Below are positions 19,480 through 28,183 of a stretch of DNA of 64,000 nucleotides, one piece after another. The notes below the pieces were generated by a model. It ran no database searches and was not told the DNA's origin. It worked only from the letters and a program-made list of their open reading frames with translations. Position 1 is the first letter of the stretch. Each line of letters opens with the position of its first letter. Origin of the DNA: an uncultured Thermoleophilia bacterium (GTDB lineage: Bacteria > Actinomycetota > Thermoleophilia > Solirubrobacterales > 70-9); the NCBI GenBank assembly GCA_963837405.1, contig CAWINA010000007.1, positions 9,600 to 73,599 of the forward strand, read 5' to 3'. The translations under genes and the position numbers were made by a program.

Positions 19480-20148
19480 GTGACCGCGCCGAGATACGTC
19501 GCGATCATCACCGATGGCAACGGCCGCTGGGCGCAGCAGCGGGGTTTGCCGGTGATCGAGGGGCACCGGGCCGGCGCCGACGTCGTCAAGGAGCGGCTGC
19601 GGGACGCCGCCGAGCTGGGGGTCGAGGAGCTGACGGTGTTCTCGTTCTCGACCGAGAACTGGTCCCGCTCGGAGGACGAGGTCGGCGGCTTGATGGAGAT
19701 GTTCGGCGAGCGGATCGCCTCGGAAACGCCCGAGCTCGACGAGGAAGGCGTGCGGATGCGGTTCATCGGCCGCCGCGAGGGGGTCCGAGCGGACCTGATC
19801 GAGCGCATGGAGTGGGCCGAGGCAAAGACCGCGAGCAACGAGCGGATCACCCTGTTCATCGCCTTCAACTACGGCGGCCGGGCGGAGATCGTCGACGCGG
19901 CGCGAAGCTTCCAGGATGGTTCCGAGGAGGATTTCCGCCGTCACCTCTACGCCCCCGAGATGCACGACCCCGACCTGCTGATCCGGACCAGCGGTGAGCA
20001 GCGGATCTCGAACTACCTGCTCTGGCAGTGCGCCTACTCGGAGCTGGTCTTCAGCGAGGAGCTCTGGCCCGACTTCGACCGCGCCGCCTTCGAGGCCGCG
20101 CTGGGCGAGTACGAGACGCGGCAGCGCCGCTTCGGAGCCCGCACGTGA
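19480..20148 (+). CDS. uppS: isoprenyl (undecaprenyl) diphosphate synthase
   Basis: VAIITDGNGRWA, FSTENW, LIRTSGEQRISNYLLWQ motifs. Confidence 0.95.
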   Translation: MTAPRYVAIITDGNGRWAQQRGLPVIEGHRAGADVVKERLRDAAELGVEELTVFSFSTENWSRSEDEVGGLMEMFGERIASETPELDEEGVRMRFIGRREGVRADLIERMEWAEAKTASNERITLFIAFNYGGRAEIVDAARSFQDGSEEDFRRHLYAPEMHDPDLLIRTSGEQRISNYLLWQCAYSELVFSEELWPDFDRAAFEAALGEYETRQRRFGART

Positions 20149-21035
20149 CGGTTGAACTGTTCGACGACGAGGCCTTCGAGCCGGAGCGTCCCGCGCGGCC
20201 GCAACCACCGCCGCCGCGGCCGCCCCGCAAGCGCGGCCTCAACGGCGAGACCGCGAAGCGGATCCTCGTCGCGCTGCCCTGGATCATCTTCGCGATCGCG
20301 ATCACCGTCGCCGGTGGGATCGTCTTCGGCCTGGCGATGATCGCGATCGGCGCCGTCTGCCTGCGCGAGTACCTGGCGATGACCGAGGAGGCGCGGCCGC
20401 TGGCGATCCCGGCCTACGTCGGCGTCGCCGGGCTGATCGTCGCCGCCCACTTCGGCACCGCCTACAACGTGCTGCTGGTCGTCGCCGCGATCTTCCCGCT
20501 GCTCTTCTTCTTTGCGATCAGGTCGAAGCACCGCGACGGGGTGACCGTCTCGATCAGCGTCACCCTGCTGGGGGTCCTCTGGCTCGGCATCCCGCTGGCC
20601 CACGCCGTCTTCCTCCGCGACCTCCCCGATCACGGCGCCGCCCTGCTGGTCGACGTGCTGGTGGGCACCTTTGTCGCCGACACCGCCGCCTACGCGACCG
20701 GGAGGATGTTCGGCAGCCACCGGATCGCCCCCAACATCTCGCCGAACAAGACGATCGAGGGGCTGGTCGGCGGCTTCGTGATCGGCACCATGGGCTTCTG
20801 GTTCGCCGGTCTCTACCAAGACTGGCTCTCGGGGACGGACGCGCTGATCATCGGCGCCGCGGTGGCCGCCACCGCGCCGGTCGGCGATCTCTTCGAGTCG
20901 CTCCTCAAGCGCGACCTGGGGACCAAGGACACCGGCACCCTGTTCGGCCCCCACGGCGGCATCCTTGACCGGCTCGACGCCGTCCTCTTCACGGTGGTCG
21001 TCGGCTACTACCTCTCGGTCTGGCTCCTCTACTAA
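20145..21035 (+). CDS. cdsA: phosphatidate cytidylyltransferase
   Basis: GTG overlaps the uppS stop (GTGA). Multi-TM protein with the C-terminal signature SLLKRDLGTKDTGTLFGPHGGILDRLD. The exact start is uncertain. Confidence 0.85.
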   Translation: MTVELFDDEAFEPERPARPQPPPPRPPRKRGLNGETAKRILVALPWIIFAIAITVAGGIVFGLAMIAIGAVCLREYLAMTEEARPLAIPAYVGVAGLIVAAHFGTAYNVLLVVAAIFPLLFFFAIRSKHRDGVTVSISVTLLGVLWLGIPLAHAVFLRDLPDHGAALLVDVLVGTFVADTAAYATGRMFGSHRIAPNISPNKTIEGLVGGFVIGTMGFWFAGLYQDWLSGTDALIIGAAVAATAPVGDLFESLLKRDLGTKDTGTLFGPHGGILDRLDAVLFTVVVGYYLSVWLLY

Positions 21036-21069
21036 CCACTGCTACAAAAGATTTATCAAGTAGGGGTTG

Positions 21070-21089
21070 ATTCCTGACTGATCAGGAAT
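21070..21089. promoter_or_regulatory. perfect 8-bp inverted repeat (attcctga-ctga-tcaggaat): a cdsA terminator hairpin or an operator
   Basis: Read directly from the sequence. It lies in the AT-richer spacer between cdsA and the lipoprotein ORF. Confidence 0.45.
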
Positions 21090-21103
21090 TATTGTCTCGC
21101 CTC

Positions 21104-21502
21104 ATGAAGGCCCTACTCGCGATCGCCGCGATCATCCTCGCGGCTGCCAGCTTCGCCGGTTGCTCGTCCGGCGACGACACCGGAAGCACGACCGGAGCTG
21201 ACAACACGACGAGCCAGTCAACCACCGACGGCGCGAACTCGCAGGCGAACGCAGAACAGCAGGCGGCGCAGGAACTAAAGGAAATCAAGGCGATTGCCTG
21301 CTCCCTCTACAAGGAAGCGGCCGCAGGAAAGTTCTCCTCGGATCCGAACACGCTCGCAAGCCAGGTCTCTGACTTCCTTGCCACGAAGTACCCGCCGGGC
21401 GAAGCGGAAAAAGTGGCGTCCGACTGGACCACGCAGATAGAAACGCTGCGTGCGGGCACCGGCGGCACTACCTTGAAAAGAGCGATCAAAGAAGTCTGCT
21501 GA
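21104..21502 (+). CDS. hypothetical lipoprotein, lower GC than its neighbours
   Basis: MKALLAIAAIILAAASFAGC carries a lipobox (FAGC). The mature part is rich in T/S/Q/A. No recognisable family. TTG at 21092 is an alternative start. Confidence 0.6.
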   Translation: MKALLAIAAIILAAASFAGCSSGDDTGSTTGADNTTSQSTTDGANSQANAEQQAAQELKEIKAIACSLYKEAAAGKFSSDPNTLASQVSDFLATKYPPGEAEKVASDWTTQIETLRAGTGGTTLKRAIKEVC

Positions 21503-21568
21503 GATTTGTCGTACCCCTTCGGGGGCGATTAGAAGTCCGTAAGCCAGCCTCCGTATTCTCTGGGGCAC

Positions 21569-22714
21569 ATGAAGAAGCTGGTAATCCTCGGCTCGACCGG
21601 GTCGATCGGAACGCAGGCGCTGGAAGTCGTCGCCGCCGCAGACGAACTTCAGGTCGTCGGCCTCGCCGCCGGGCGCGACTGGGAGACGACGGTCGCGCAG
21701 GCGCGCGAGCACGGCGTGCCGACAATCGCGCTCGCCGACCCCGACGCAGCAGAGCGCGCCCGCGGCGCCTGGAGCGGGAGCGTGATCAGCGGCGAGGAGG
21801 GGGTGCGGGCGCTGGTCGCCGAGTCCGGCGCCGACCTCGTCCTCAACGCGATCGTCGGCGCCGCCGGGCTCGGCTCGACCGTCGTCGCCCTGACCGAGGG
21901 GATCGACGTCGCGCTCGCCAACAAGGAGAGCCTGGTGGTCGGCGGCGAGCTGGTGATGGCGCTCGCCGAGGCGACCGACACGAAGCTGCTTCCCGTCGAC
22001 TCCGAGCACTCGGCCCTGCACCAGCTGATTGCCGGTGAGGCGCCGGGGACGGTCACCAAGCTCGTCCTCACCGCCTCCGGCGGGCCGTTCCGGGGACGCG
22101 AGGATCTCGACGGGGTTAGCGTCGAGGATGCGCTCGCGCACCCGACCTGGCAGATGGGCGGGCGGATCACGATCGACTGCGCGACGCTGATGAACAAGGG
22201 CTTCGAGGCGATCGAGGCGCATCACCTGTTCGCCGTCCCCTACGAGCGGATCGACGTCGTCGTCCACCCGCAGTCGCTGATCCACTCGCTGATTCAGCTC
22301 AACGACGGCTCCTCGCTGGCCCACCTTGGCTATCCCGACATGCGGGTGCCGATCTCCTACGCGCTGCATTACCCCGAACGCGCCGACGTCGACCTTGAGC
22401 AGCTCGACCTCGCCGCGGTCGGCTCGCTGACCTTCGAGGCGCCCGATCTCGAGACCTTCGCCTGCCTGCGTCTGGCCTTGGAGGCCGGCGAGACGGGGGG
22501 GACGGCGCCCTGCGTGCTGAACGCCGCCGACGAGGTCGCGGTTGCCGCCTTCCTCGCCGGCGAGATCCCCTTCACCGGGATCGCCGCGGTGATCGAGAGC
22601 GTCCTGGCCGAGATGCCGGCCCAGCCGGTGACCCACTTCGACGACCTCTTTGCCGCCGACGCGGAGGCCCGGCGCCGCAGCGAAGAGCGGATCCGGGGGT
22701 TGATGCCAGCGTGA
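21569..22714 (+). CDS. dxr: 1-deoxy-D-xylulose 5-phosphate reductoisomerase
   Basis: KLVILGSTGSIGTQAL, ANKESLV, PVDSEHSA, MNKG motifs; 381 aa. Confidence 0.95.
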   Translation: MKKLVILGSTGSIGTQALEVVAAADELQVVGLAAGRDWETTVAQAREHGVPTIALADPDAAERARGAWSGSVISGEEGVRALVAESGADLVLNAIVGAAGLGSTVVALTEGIDVALANKESLVVGGELVMALAEATDTKLLPVDSEHSALHQLIAGEAPGTVTKLVLTASGGPFRGREDLDGVSVEDALAHPTWQMGGRITIDCATLMNKGFEAIEAHHLFAVPYERIDVVVHPQSLIHSLIQLNDGSSLAHLGYPDMRVPISYALHYPERADVDLEQLDLAAVGSLTFEAPDLETFACLRLALEAGETGGTAPCVLNAADEVAVAAFLAGEIPFTGIAAVIESVLAEMPAQPVTHFDDLFAADAEARRRSEERIRGLMPA

Positions 22715-23802
22715 ACTGGTTGCTGATCTTCCTCGGCTTCGCCCTGCTGATCATCCTGCACGAGGCGGGCCACTTCTTCGCCGCCAAGGCGACCGGGATG
22801 CGGGTGGAGAAGTTCTTCCTCTTCTTCGGGCCGAAGCTGTGGTCGGTCAAACGCGGCGAGACCGAGTACGGGGTGGCGGCGATCCCGCTCGGCGGCTACG
22901 TGAAAATCACCGGCATGAACCCGGAGGAGCAGGTCCCTCCGGAGGTCGCCGACCGCGCCTACTACCGGCAGCCGGTCTGGAAGCGGATCGTCGTGATCGC
23001 CGCCGGCCCAGCCGTGAACATCGTGCTCGCCTTCGTGATCCTCTTCGGCGTCTATCTGGCGGCTGGGGAACCGGTGCTTGAGCAGCGGGTCGGCGAAGTC
23101 CGGCCGGACACGCCGGCCGCGAAGACCCTGCAGCCGGGCGACAAGATCCTCGCGGTCGACGGTCAGACCTATCCCGGGCTCAGCATCGAGCAGCGGCTCG
23201 ACCGCTTCGGCAAAGACGTCGGCAGCCACGAATGCGTGGGCAAGCAGGTCGAGGGTTGCGTTGCCGCGACGCCGGTCGTGCTGCGGATCGAACGCGACGG
23301 CAATCCGCAGACGATTGTGGTTAGGCCCGAGTACAACAGTGAAGTGAAAAGGGCCTTGATCGGCTTTAGCTACGGCAGCCGCTCGGTCGACATCAGCGCC
23401 GGCATCGCCGCCGACCAGGCGGTGACGGCAGTCTGGAAAGTCACCTCGGGGACCTTCGAAACCTTCAGCCGCCTGTTCGAAAAGGAGCAGCGCGAGAAAC
23501 TCTCGGGGATCGTCGGGGTCAGCGACGTCGCCAACCAGACGCTCGACGAAAGCGTCGAAAAATCGCTGCTGCTGCTGGCCTTGGTCAGCCTCTCGCTGGG
23601 CCTGATCAACCTGCTGCCGATCCTGCCGCTCGACGGCGGCCACATCTTCTGGAGCCTGGTCGAGAAAGTGCGCGGCCGCCCGGTCTCGCTGCGGGTGATG
23701 GAGAAGGCGAGTGTGATCGGCATCGCCCTGGTGATGCTGCTGGTCGTGCTCGGTCTATCCAACGACCTCGGCCGGCTCGGCGAAAACGTCCAGAACCGCT
23801 AA
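22711..23802 (+). CDS. rseP: RIP metalloprotease RseP / site-2 protease with a PDZ domain
   Basis: HEAGHFFAAK (HExxH), a central PDZ-like segment, and C-terminal NLLPILPLDGGH. Confidence 0.9.
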   Translation: MNWLLIFLGFALLIILHEAGHFFAAKATGMRVEKFFLFFGPKLWSVKRGETEYGVAAIPLGGYVKITGMNPEEQVPPEVADRAYYRQPVWKRIVVIAAGPAVNIVLAFVILFGVYLAAGEPVLEQRVGEVRPDTPAAKTLQPGDKILAVDGQTYPGLSIEQRLDRFGKDVGSHECVGKQVEGCVAATPVVLRIERDGNPQTIVVRPEYNSEVKRALIGFSYGSRSVDISAGIAADQAVTAVWKVTSGTFETFSRLFEKEQREKLSGIVGVSDVANQTLDESVEKSLLLLALVSLSLGLINLLPILPLDGGHIFWSLVEKVRGRPVSLRVMEKASVIGIALVMLLVVLGLSNDLGRLGENVQNR

Positions 23803-23836
23803 CAGGGCCGCCGGCCCACCCAGATAGCCTGTTCAT

Positions 23837-25093
23837 ATGGCCTCCAAACGCCAGATATTCGTTGGCAAGGTGCCGATCGGCGGCGGCGCCCCGGTCGCCG
23901 TGCAGACGATGACCAAGACCGAGACCGCCAACCTGGCGGCGACCATGGAGCAGATTCGCAAGGTCGCCGACGCCGGGGCGGACCTGGTCCGCTGCGCGGT
24001 GCCACGTGAGCAGGACGCCGAGGCGCTGAAGACGATCGTCAAGGAATCGCCAATCCCGGTGATCGCCGACATCCACTTCAACCACACCCTGGCGCTGAAA
24101 GCGATCGACGCCGGCGCCGACTGCATCCGGCTCAACCCGGGCAACATCGGCGGCCGCGAGAAAGTCGCCGAGGTCGCCGTGAGGGCGAACGAGAAAAACG
24201 TGCCGATGCGGATCGGGGTCAACTCCGGCTCACTGCCCAAGCACCTGCATGAGCTCGAGCGCGAAGCGCCGGTCGAGGCGCTGGTCGCCGCCGCGGTCGA
24301 GTTCGTTGAACTGATGGAGGGCCTCGACTTCACCAACTTCAAGGTCTCGATCAAGTCGACCAACGTGCCGAACACGATCGCCGCCAACCGCCTGCTTTCC
24401 GAGAAGATCCCCTACCCGCTGCACCTGGGGATCACCGAGGCAGGGACGAAATGGTCGGGCTCGCTGAAATCGGCGGTCGGCCTGGGGGCGCTGCTCGCCG
24501 ACGGGGTCGGGGACACGATCCGGATCAGCCTCTCGACCTTCCACGCCGAGGAGGAGGTCAAGGTCGCCTGGGAGATCCTCAAGGCGCTGCAGCTGCGCGA
24601 GAGGGGGCCGGTGCTGATCGCCTGTCCGACCTGCGGCCGCCTGCAGTTCGACATGGACTCGGTCGTGGCCGAAATCGAGCAGCGGCTGGAAGGCTACGAG
24701 GAGCCGGTCGAGGTCGCGGTGCTCGGCTGTGCCGTGAACGGGATCGGCGAGGCCAAGGCCGCCGACTTCGGGATCGCCGGGGCGAAGAACGAGGGGCTGA
24801 TCTTCGCCCACGGCAAACCGCTGCGCAAGGTCCCGCAGGCGGTGCTCGTCGACACCCTCTTCGAGGAGATCGACAAGTCCCTGGACCGCGGCGGCAAGGT
24901 CGAGTTCGACGAGGCCGAGTCGCGCGAGGGGGCCGAGTGGGTCGCCAACATCGAGCGCGAAAACGCCGGCGACCTGACCCCGGAGAAGATCGCCCAGATG
25001 GAGCACGAAGCGGCCGCAAAGGGCGAGTCCGACCGCGTCCTGCTCGACGAGCAGCGCTCACCTACGGCCAGTCGCCGCTTCACCCGCGCCTGA
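23837..25093 (+). CDS. ispG: 4-hydroxy-3-methylbut-2-enyl diphosphate synthase
   Basis: VAVQTMTKT, NPGNIG, LIACPTCGRLQFD, GCAVNGIGEA motifs. Confidence 0.95.
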   Translation: MASKRQIFVGKVPIGGGAPVAVQTMTKTETANLAATMEQIRKVADAGADLVRCAVPREQDAEALKTIVKESPIPVIADIHFNHTLALKAIDAGADCIRLNPGNIGGREKVAEVAVRANEKNVPMRIGVNSGSLPKHLHELEREAPVEALVAAAVEFVELMEGLDFTNFKVSIKSTNVPNTIAANRLLSEKIPYPLHLGITEAGTKWSGSLKSAVGLGALLADGVGDTIRISLSTFHAEEEVKVAWEILKALQLRERGPVLIACPTCGRLQFDMDSVVAEIEQRLEGYEEPVEVAVLGCAVNGIGEAKAADFGIAGAKNEGLIFAHGKPLRKVPQAVLVDTLFEEIDKSLDRGGKVEFDEAESREGAEWVANIERENAGDLTPEKIAQMEHEAAAKGESDRVLLDEQRSPTASRRFTRA

Positions 25094-25127
25094 GCAGCTC
25101 GCGCCTCAGTAAATAGACTCGCCGCCG

Positions 25128-26648
25128 ATGGCCGCCAAGGGCATATCCCCGTCCCGCGCCGAGGACTTCCCCGGCTGGTTCCAGGCCGTGGTCAAGGAGG
25201 CCGAGGTCGCCGAACTCGCGCACGTGCGCGGCTCGATGGTGATCCGCCCCTGGGGCTACGCGATCTGGGAGCTGATGCAAGCCGAGCTCGACCGCGCGAT
25301 CAAGCAGTCCGGCGCCCAAAACGCCTACTTCCCGCTGTTCATCCCGCTCAGCTACTTCGAGGCCGAGGCCAAGCACGTCGAGGGCTTCGCCAAGGAGATG
25401 GCGGTCGTCACCCATCACCGGCTCGAACAGGACCCCTCCGACCCCGAGAAGCTGCGGCCCGGGGGAGAGCTGGCCGAGCCGCTGGTCGTGCGGCCGACCT
25501 CGGAGACGATCATCGGCAAGTCGATGGCGAAATGGATCAACTCCTACCGCGACCTGCCGTTGATGCTGAACCAGTGGGCGAACGTGGTCCGCTGGGAGCT
25601 GCGGCCACGGGTGCTGCTGCGCACTACCGAGTTCCTCTGGCAGGAGGGCCACACCGCGCACGCGACCGAGGCCGAGGCGCGCGAGGAGACCGAGCAGATG
25701 CTCGAGGTCTACCGCGGCTTCGCCGAGTCGTTCCTGGCGATGCCGGTGATCACCGGCGAGAAGCCCGAGGCCGAGCGCTTCCCGGGCGCCGAGATGACGC
25801 TCTCGATCGAGGCGATGATGCAGGACGGCAAGGCCCTGCAGGCCGGCACCTCGCACTACCTGGGCCAGGGCTTCGCGAAGTCGGCCGAGATCCAGTTCCT
25901 CAACCGCGACGGCGACCGCGAGTTCGTCCACACCTCTTCCTGGGGCGTCTCGACCCGCCTGCTCGGCGCCCTGATCATGTCCCACAGCGACGACGACGGC
26001 CTGCGCCTGCCGCCGACGGTGGCGCCGCAGCAGGTCGCGATCGTGCCGATCGCCCGCGATCCCGAGCAGGCCGAGGCCGTCGAAGGCGCGGCGAAGGCCG
26101 TGGCCGCGGAGCTGCGCGGGGTGAGCTTCCGGGGCGCCGAGGTGCGCGCGCAGGCCGACCTCCGCGACCGCAGCGCTCCCGACAAGCGCTGGGAGTGGAT
26201 CCGCAAGGGGGTCCCGGTCGTGATCGAAATCGGCCCGCGCGACCTCGAGCAAGGCGTGGTCAGCGTGCGCCGGCGCGACACCGAGGGCTTCACGGCAGGG
26301 CCGTTGGACCGCGACACGGTCGCCACCGAGATTCCGCGACTCCTCGAGGAGATCCAGGCGGGATACTTCGGGCAGGCGGAGTCCCGCCTGGCGACCCAGA
26401 CGGCAAACGACATCGCGGATCGGACGGCCTTTGAGGAATGGTTCGACGACGGCTCGGGAGAGGGCGGCATCTCGAAGGGATTCGTGCGCGCGCCGTGGAG
26501 CGAAGCGCCGGAGTCGGCCGAGCTGATGGAGCGGCTCAAGGTCACGGTGCGGTGCCTGCCGTCCGACCAGCGCCTGGCGCCGGACAGCGCCTGCGTGTTG
26601 ACTGGCAAGCCGGCGGTCGTCGAAGCGGTCTTCGCCAAGGCCTACTGA
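25128..26648 (+). CDS. proS: proline--tRNA ligase, archaeal/eukaryote-like architecture (no INS editing domain)
   Basis: 506 aa with an N-terminal FPGWFQAVVKEAEVAE..VRGSMVIRPWGYAIWE pattern, class II motifs, and a C-terminal ...VFAKAY. Confidence 0.93.
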   Translation: MAAKGISPSRAEDFPGWFQAVVKEAEVAELAHVRGSMVIRPWGYAIWELMQAELDRAIKQSGAQNAYFPLFIPLSYFEAEAKHVEGFAKEMAVVTHHRLEQDPSDPEKLRPGGELAEPLVVRPTSETIIGKSMAKWINSYRDLPLMLNQWANVVRWELRPRVLLRTTEFLWQEGHTAHATEAEAREETEQMLEVYRGFAESFLAMPVITGEKPEAERFPGAEMTLSIEAMMQDGKALQAGTSHYLGQGFAKSAEIQFLNRDGDREFVHTSSWGVSTRLLGALIMSHSDDDGLRLPPTVAPQQVAIVPIARDPEQAEAVEGAAKAVAAELRGVSFRGAEVRAQADLRDRSAPDKRWEWIRKGVPVVIEIGPRDLEQGVVSVRRRDTEGFTAGPLDRDTVATEIPRLLEEIQAGYFGQAESRLATQTANDIADRTAFEEWFDDGSGEGGISKGFVRAPWSEAPESAELMERLKVTVRCLPSDQRLAPDSACVLTGKPAVVEAVFAKAY

Positions 26649-26673
26649 GGCGCGCTCACAGCGGGGCAGCGGG

Positions 26674-27312
26674 ATGAGCGACGCGAACCCCTTCGGCCGC
26701 GGTCGCCTGCGCCGCCGCTTCGGACTCGACCGCAGCGATCCGCCGCCGAAAGTCACCCGCAAAGGCGAACCGCTGAACCCGTGGACGCTGCCGAACTTGG
26801 TCGGGCTGCTGCGGCTGCTGGCGATCCCGGTCTTCCTGCTGATCGCCTACTCCACCAATGACGGGACCTCGTTCGCGGCGGCGATGGTCTTCTGGGCGAT
26901 CGCCGCCAGCGATTACCTCGACGGCTTCCTCGCCCGCGCGACCGGCCAGTACAGCCGCCTCGGCACCCTGCTCGACCCCTTCGTCGACCGGCTCACGGTG
27001 CTGGCCGGCGCGGTCGTCTGCTGGAACTTCGAGCTGCTGCCGCGCTGGCTCCTGCTGCTGCTGGCGCTGCGCGAGCTGGCGATGCTCGTCCTCGCCCAGT
27101 ACGGGCTCCGGCACGGGGTCGACATCGAGGTCAACTGGCCGGGGCGGATCGCCGTCTTCCCGACCATGGGGGGGATCTGGCTGGCCCTCTTCGCGCCGGG
27201 CTGGGTCGCCACGGCGCTGGTCGTCTGGGGCACGGCGATGGCGATCCTCGCGACCGTGCTCTACGCGCGGACGGGAATGCGCGCGGTCCGCGCCACCCGA
27301 CCCGCGGGCTGA
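26674..27312 (+). CDS. pgsA: CDP-alcohol phosphatidyltransferase (PgsA / cardiolipin-synthase-like)
   Basis: D-x2-DG-x2-AR...G-x3-D-x3-D signature: SDYLDGFLARATGQYSRLGTLLDPFVDRL. Multi-TM protein. Confidence 0.85.
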   Translation: MSDANPFGRGRLRRRFGLDRSDPPPKVTRKGEPLNPWTLPNLVGLLRLLAIPVFLLIAYSTNDGTSFAAAMVFWAIAASDYLDGFLARATGQYSRLGTLLDPFVDRLTVLAGAVVCWNFELLPRWLLLLLALRELAMLVLAQYGLRHGVDIEVNWPGRIAVFPTMGGIWLALFAPGWVATALVVWGTAMAILATVLYARTGMRAVRATRPAG

Positions 27313-27344
27313 CTGCAAGCTCGGCCTCAACCTTCAACCTGGAG

Positions 27345-27374
27345 TTGAAGCTTGAAACCGTCTCGACCTATAAT
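27345..27374 (+). promoter_or_regulatory. near-consensus sigma70 promoter TTGAAG-N18-TATAAT
   Basis: ttgaag (27345-27350), an 18-nt spacer, tataat (27369-27374). It is preceded by the hairpin cttcaac-ctgga-gttgaag. A perfect TATAAT is conspicuous against this GC content. Confidence 0.55.
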
Positions 27375-27425
27375 CGCCCCTCGCGCAAACGGAGGCGCCA
27401 GCGCCCCCTCTAGTTAGGAGCTTTG

Positions 27426-27692
27426 ATGGAGGACACCTTTCCCGATCTGGGGTCGCTCAGCGACAAAGAACTGAAAGACCTGATCGCCAGTCTGACCGAA
27501 GAGGAGAACGAGATCTCCTACAAACGGCGCGTCCTGCACGGCCGCATCGACATCCTCCGGGCCGAGCTGGTGAACCGGCTGCGGCAGAAACGGGAGCACG
27601 GCGACACGCTGATTTCCGGCGATGACGTCGAGCAGCTGACCGAGATCCTCGCCGGCAAGGTCCCGCCCGCAGAGGACGACTCCGCCGCCTAG
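27426..27692 (+). CDS. small coiled-coil protein with a single RsiG-type motif (E-x3-S-x2-R-x3-H-x3-D)
   Basis: GGAG lies 6 nt upstream of the ATG. The 88-aa protein is predicted helical and contains EENEISYKRRVLHGRID. Confidence 0.6.
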   Translation: MEDTFPDLGSLSDKELKDLIASLTEEENEISYKRRVLHGRIDILRAELVNRLRQKREHGDTLISGDDVEQLTEILAGKVPPAEDDSAA

Positions 27693-27705
27693 CCGGAGGA
27701 CCCTG

Positions 27706-28179
27706 ATGGCCGTCCACTGTCCCGAGTGCGGGTTCGCCAACCCCGAGGGAGCCAACTACTGCCAGAAGTGCGGCGCCTACCTGGCTGGCCCCAAGGAGGA
27801 CGGCGAGGACCCGACGACGATGACCTACCGGGTCGACGAGACCGGCGACATGCAGCCGGTCGACATCGACGACGTGGTCGGCGAGTCCGGAGCGGCGCTG
27901 GTGATTCGCGCCGGCGGCGGCCGCGCCGGCGAGAGCTTCAGCGTCGCCGATGACCGGGTCTCGATCGGGCGCAGTCCCGACGCCGGCGTCTTCCTCGACG
28001 ACGTCACCGTCTCCCGCAACCACGCGTTGCTTGTGCGCCGTCGCGACGGCCTCTACATCGACGACCTCGGCTCGCTCAACGGGACCTACGTGAACCGGCG
28101 CCGGATCGAGTCCCACCGGCTCGCCGACGGCGACGAGATCCAGGTCGGCAAGTACAAGCTCAGCTATCTGGAGCGCTGA
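27706..28179 (+). CDS. FHA-domain protein (GarA/OdhI-like) with an N-terminal zinc ribbon
   Basis: CPECGFANPEGANYCQKCG zinc ribbon, a TTMTYRVDE segment, and the FHA core SIGRSPDAGVFLDDVTVSRNHALL...DLGSLNGTYVN. Confidence 0.85.
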   Translation: MAVHCPECGFANPEGANYCQKCGAYLAGPKEDGEDPTTMTYRVDETGDMQPVDIDDVVGESGAALVIRAGGGRAGESFSVADDRVSIGRSPDAGVFLDDVTVSRNHALLVRRRDGLYIDDLGSLNGTYVNRRRIESHRLADGDEIQVGKYKLSYLER

Positions 28180-28183
28180 CCCG

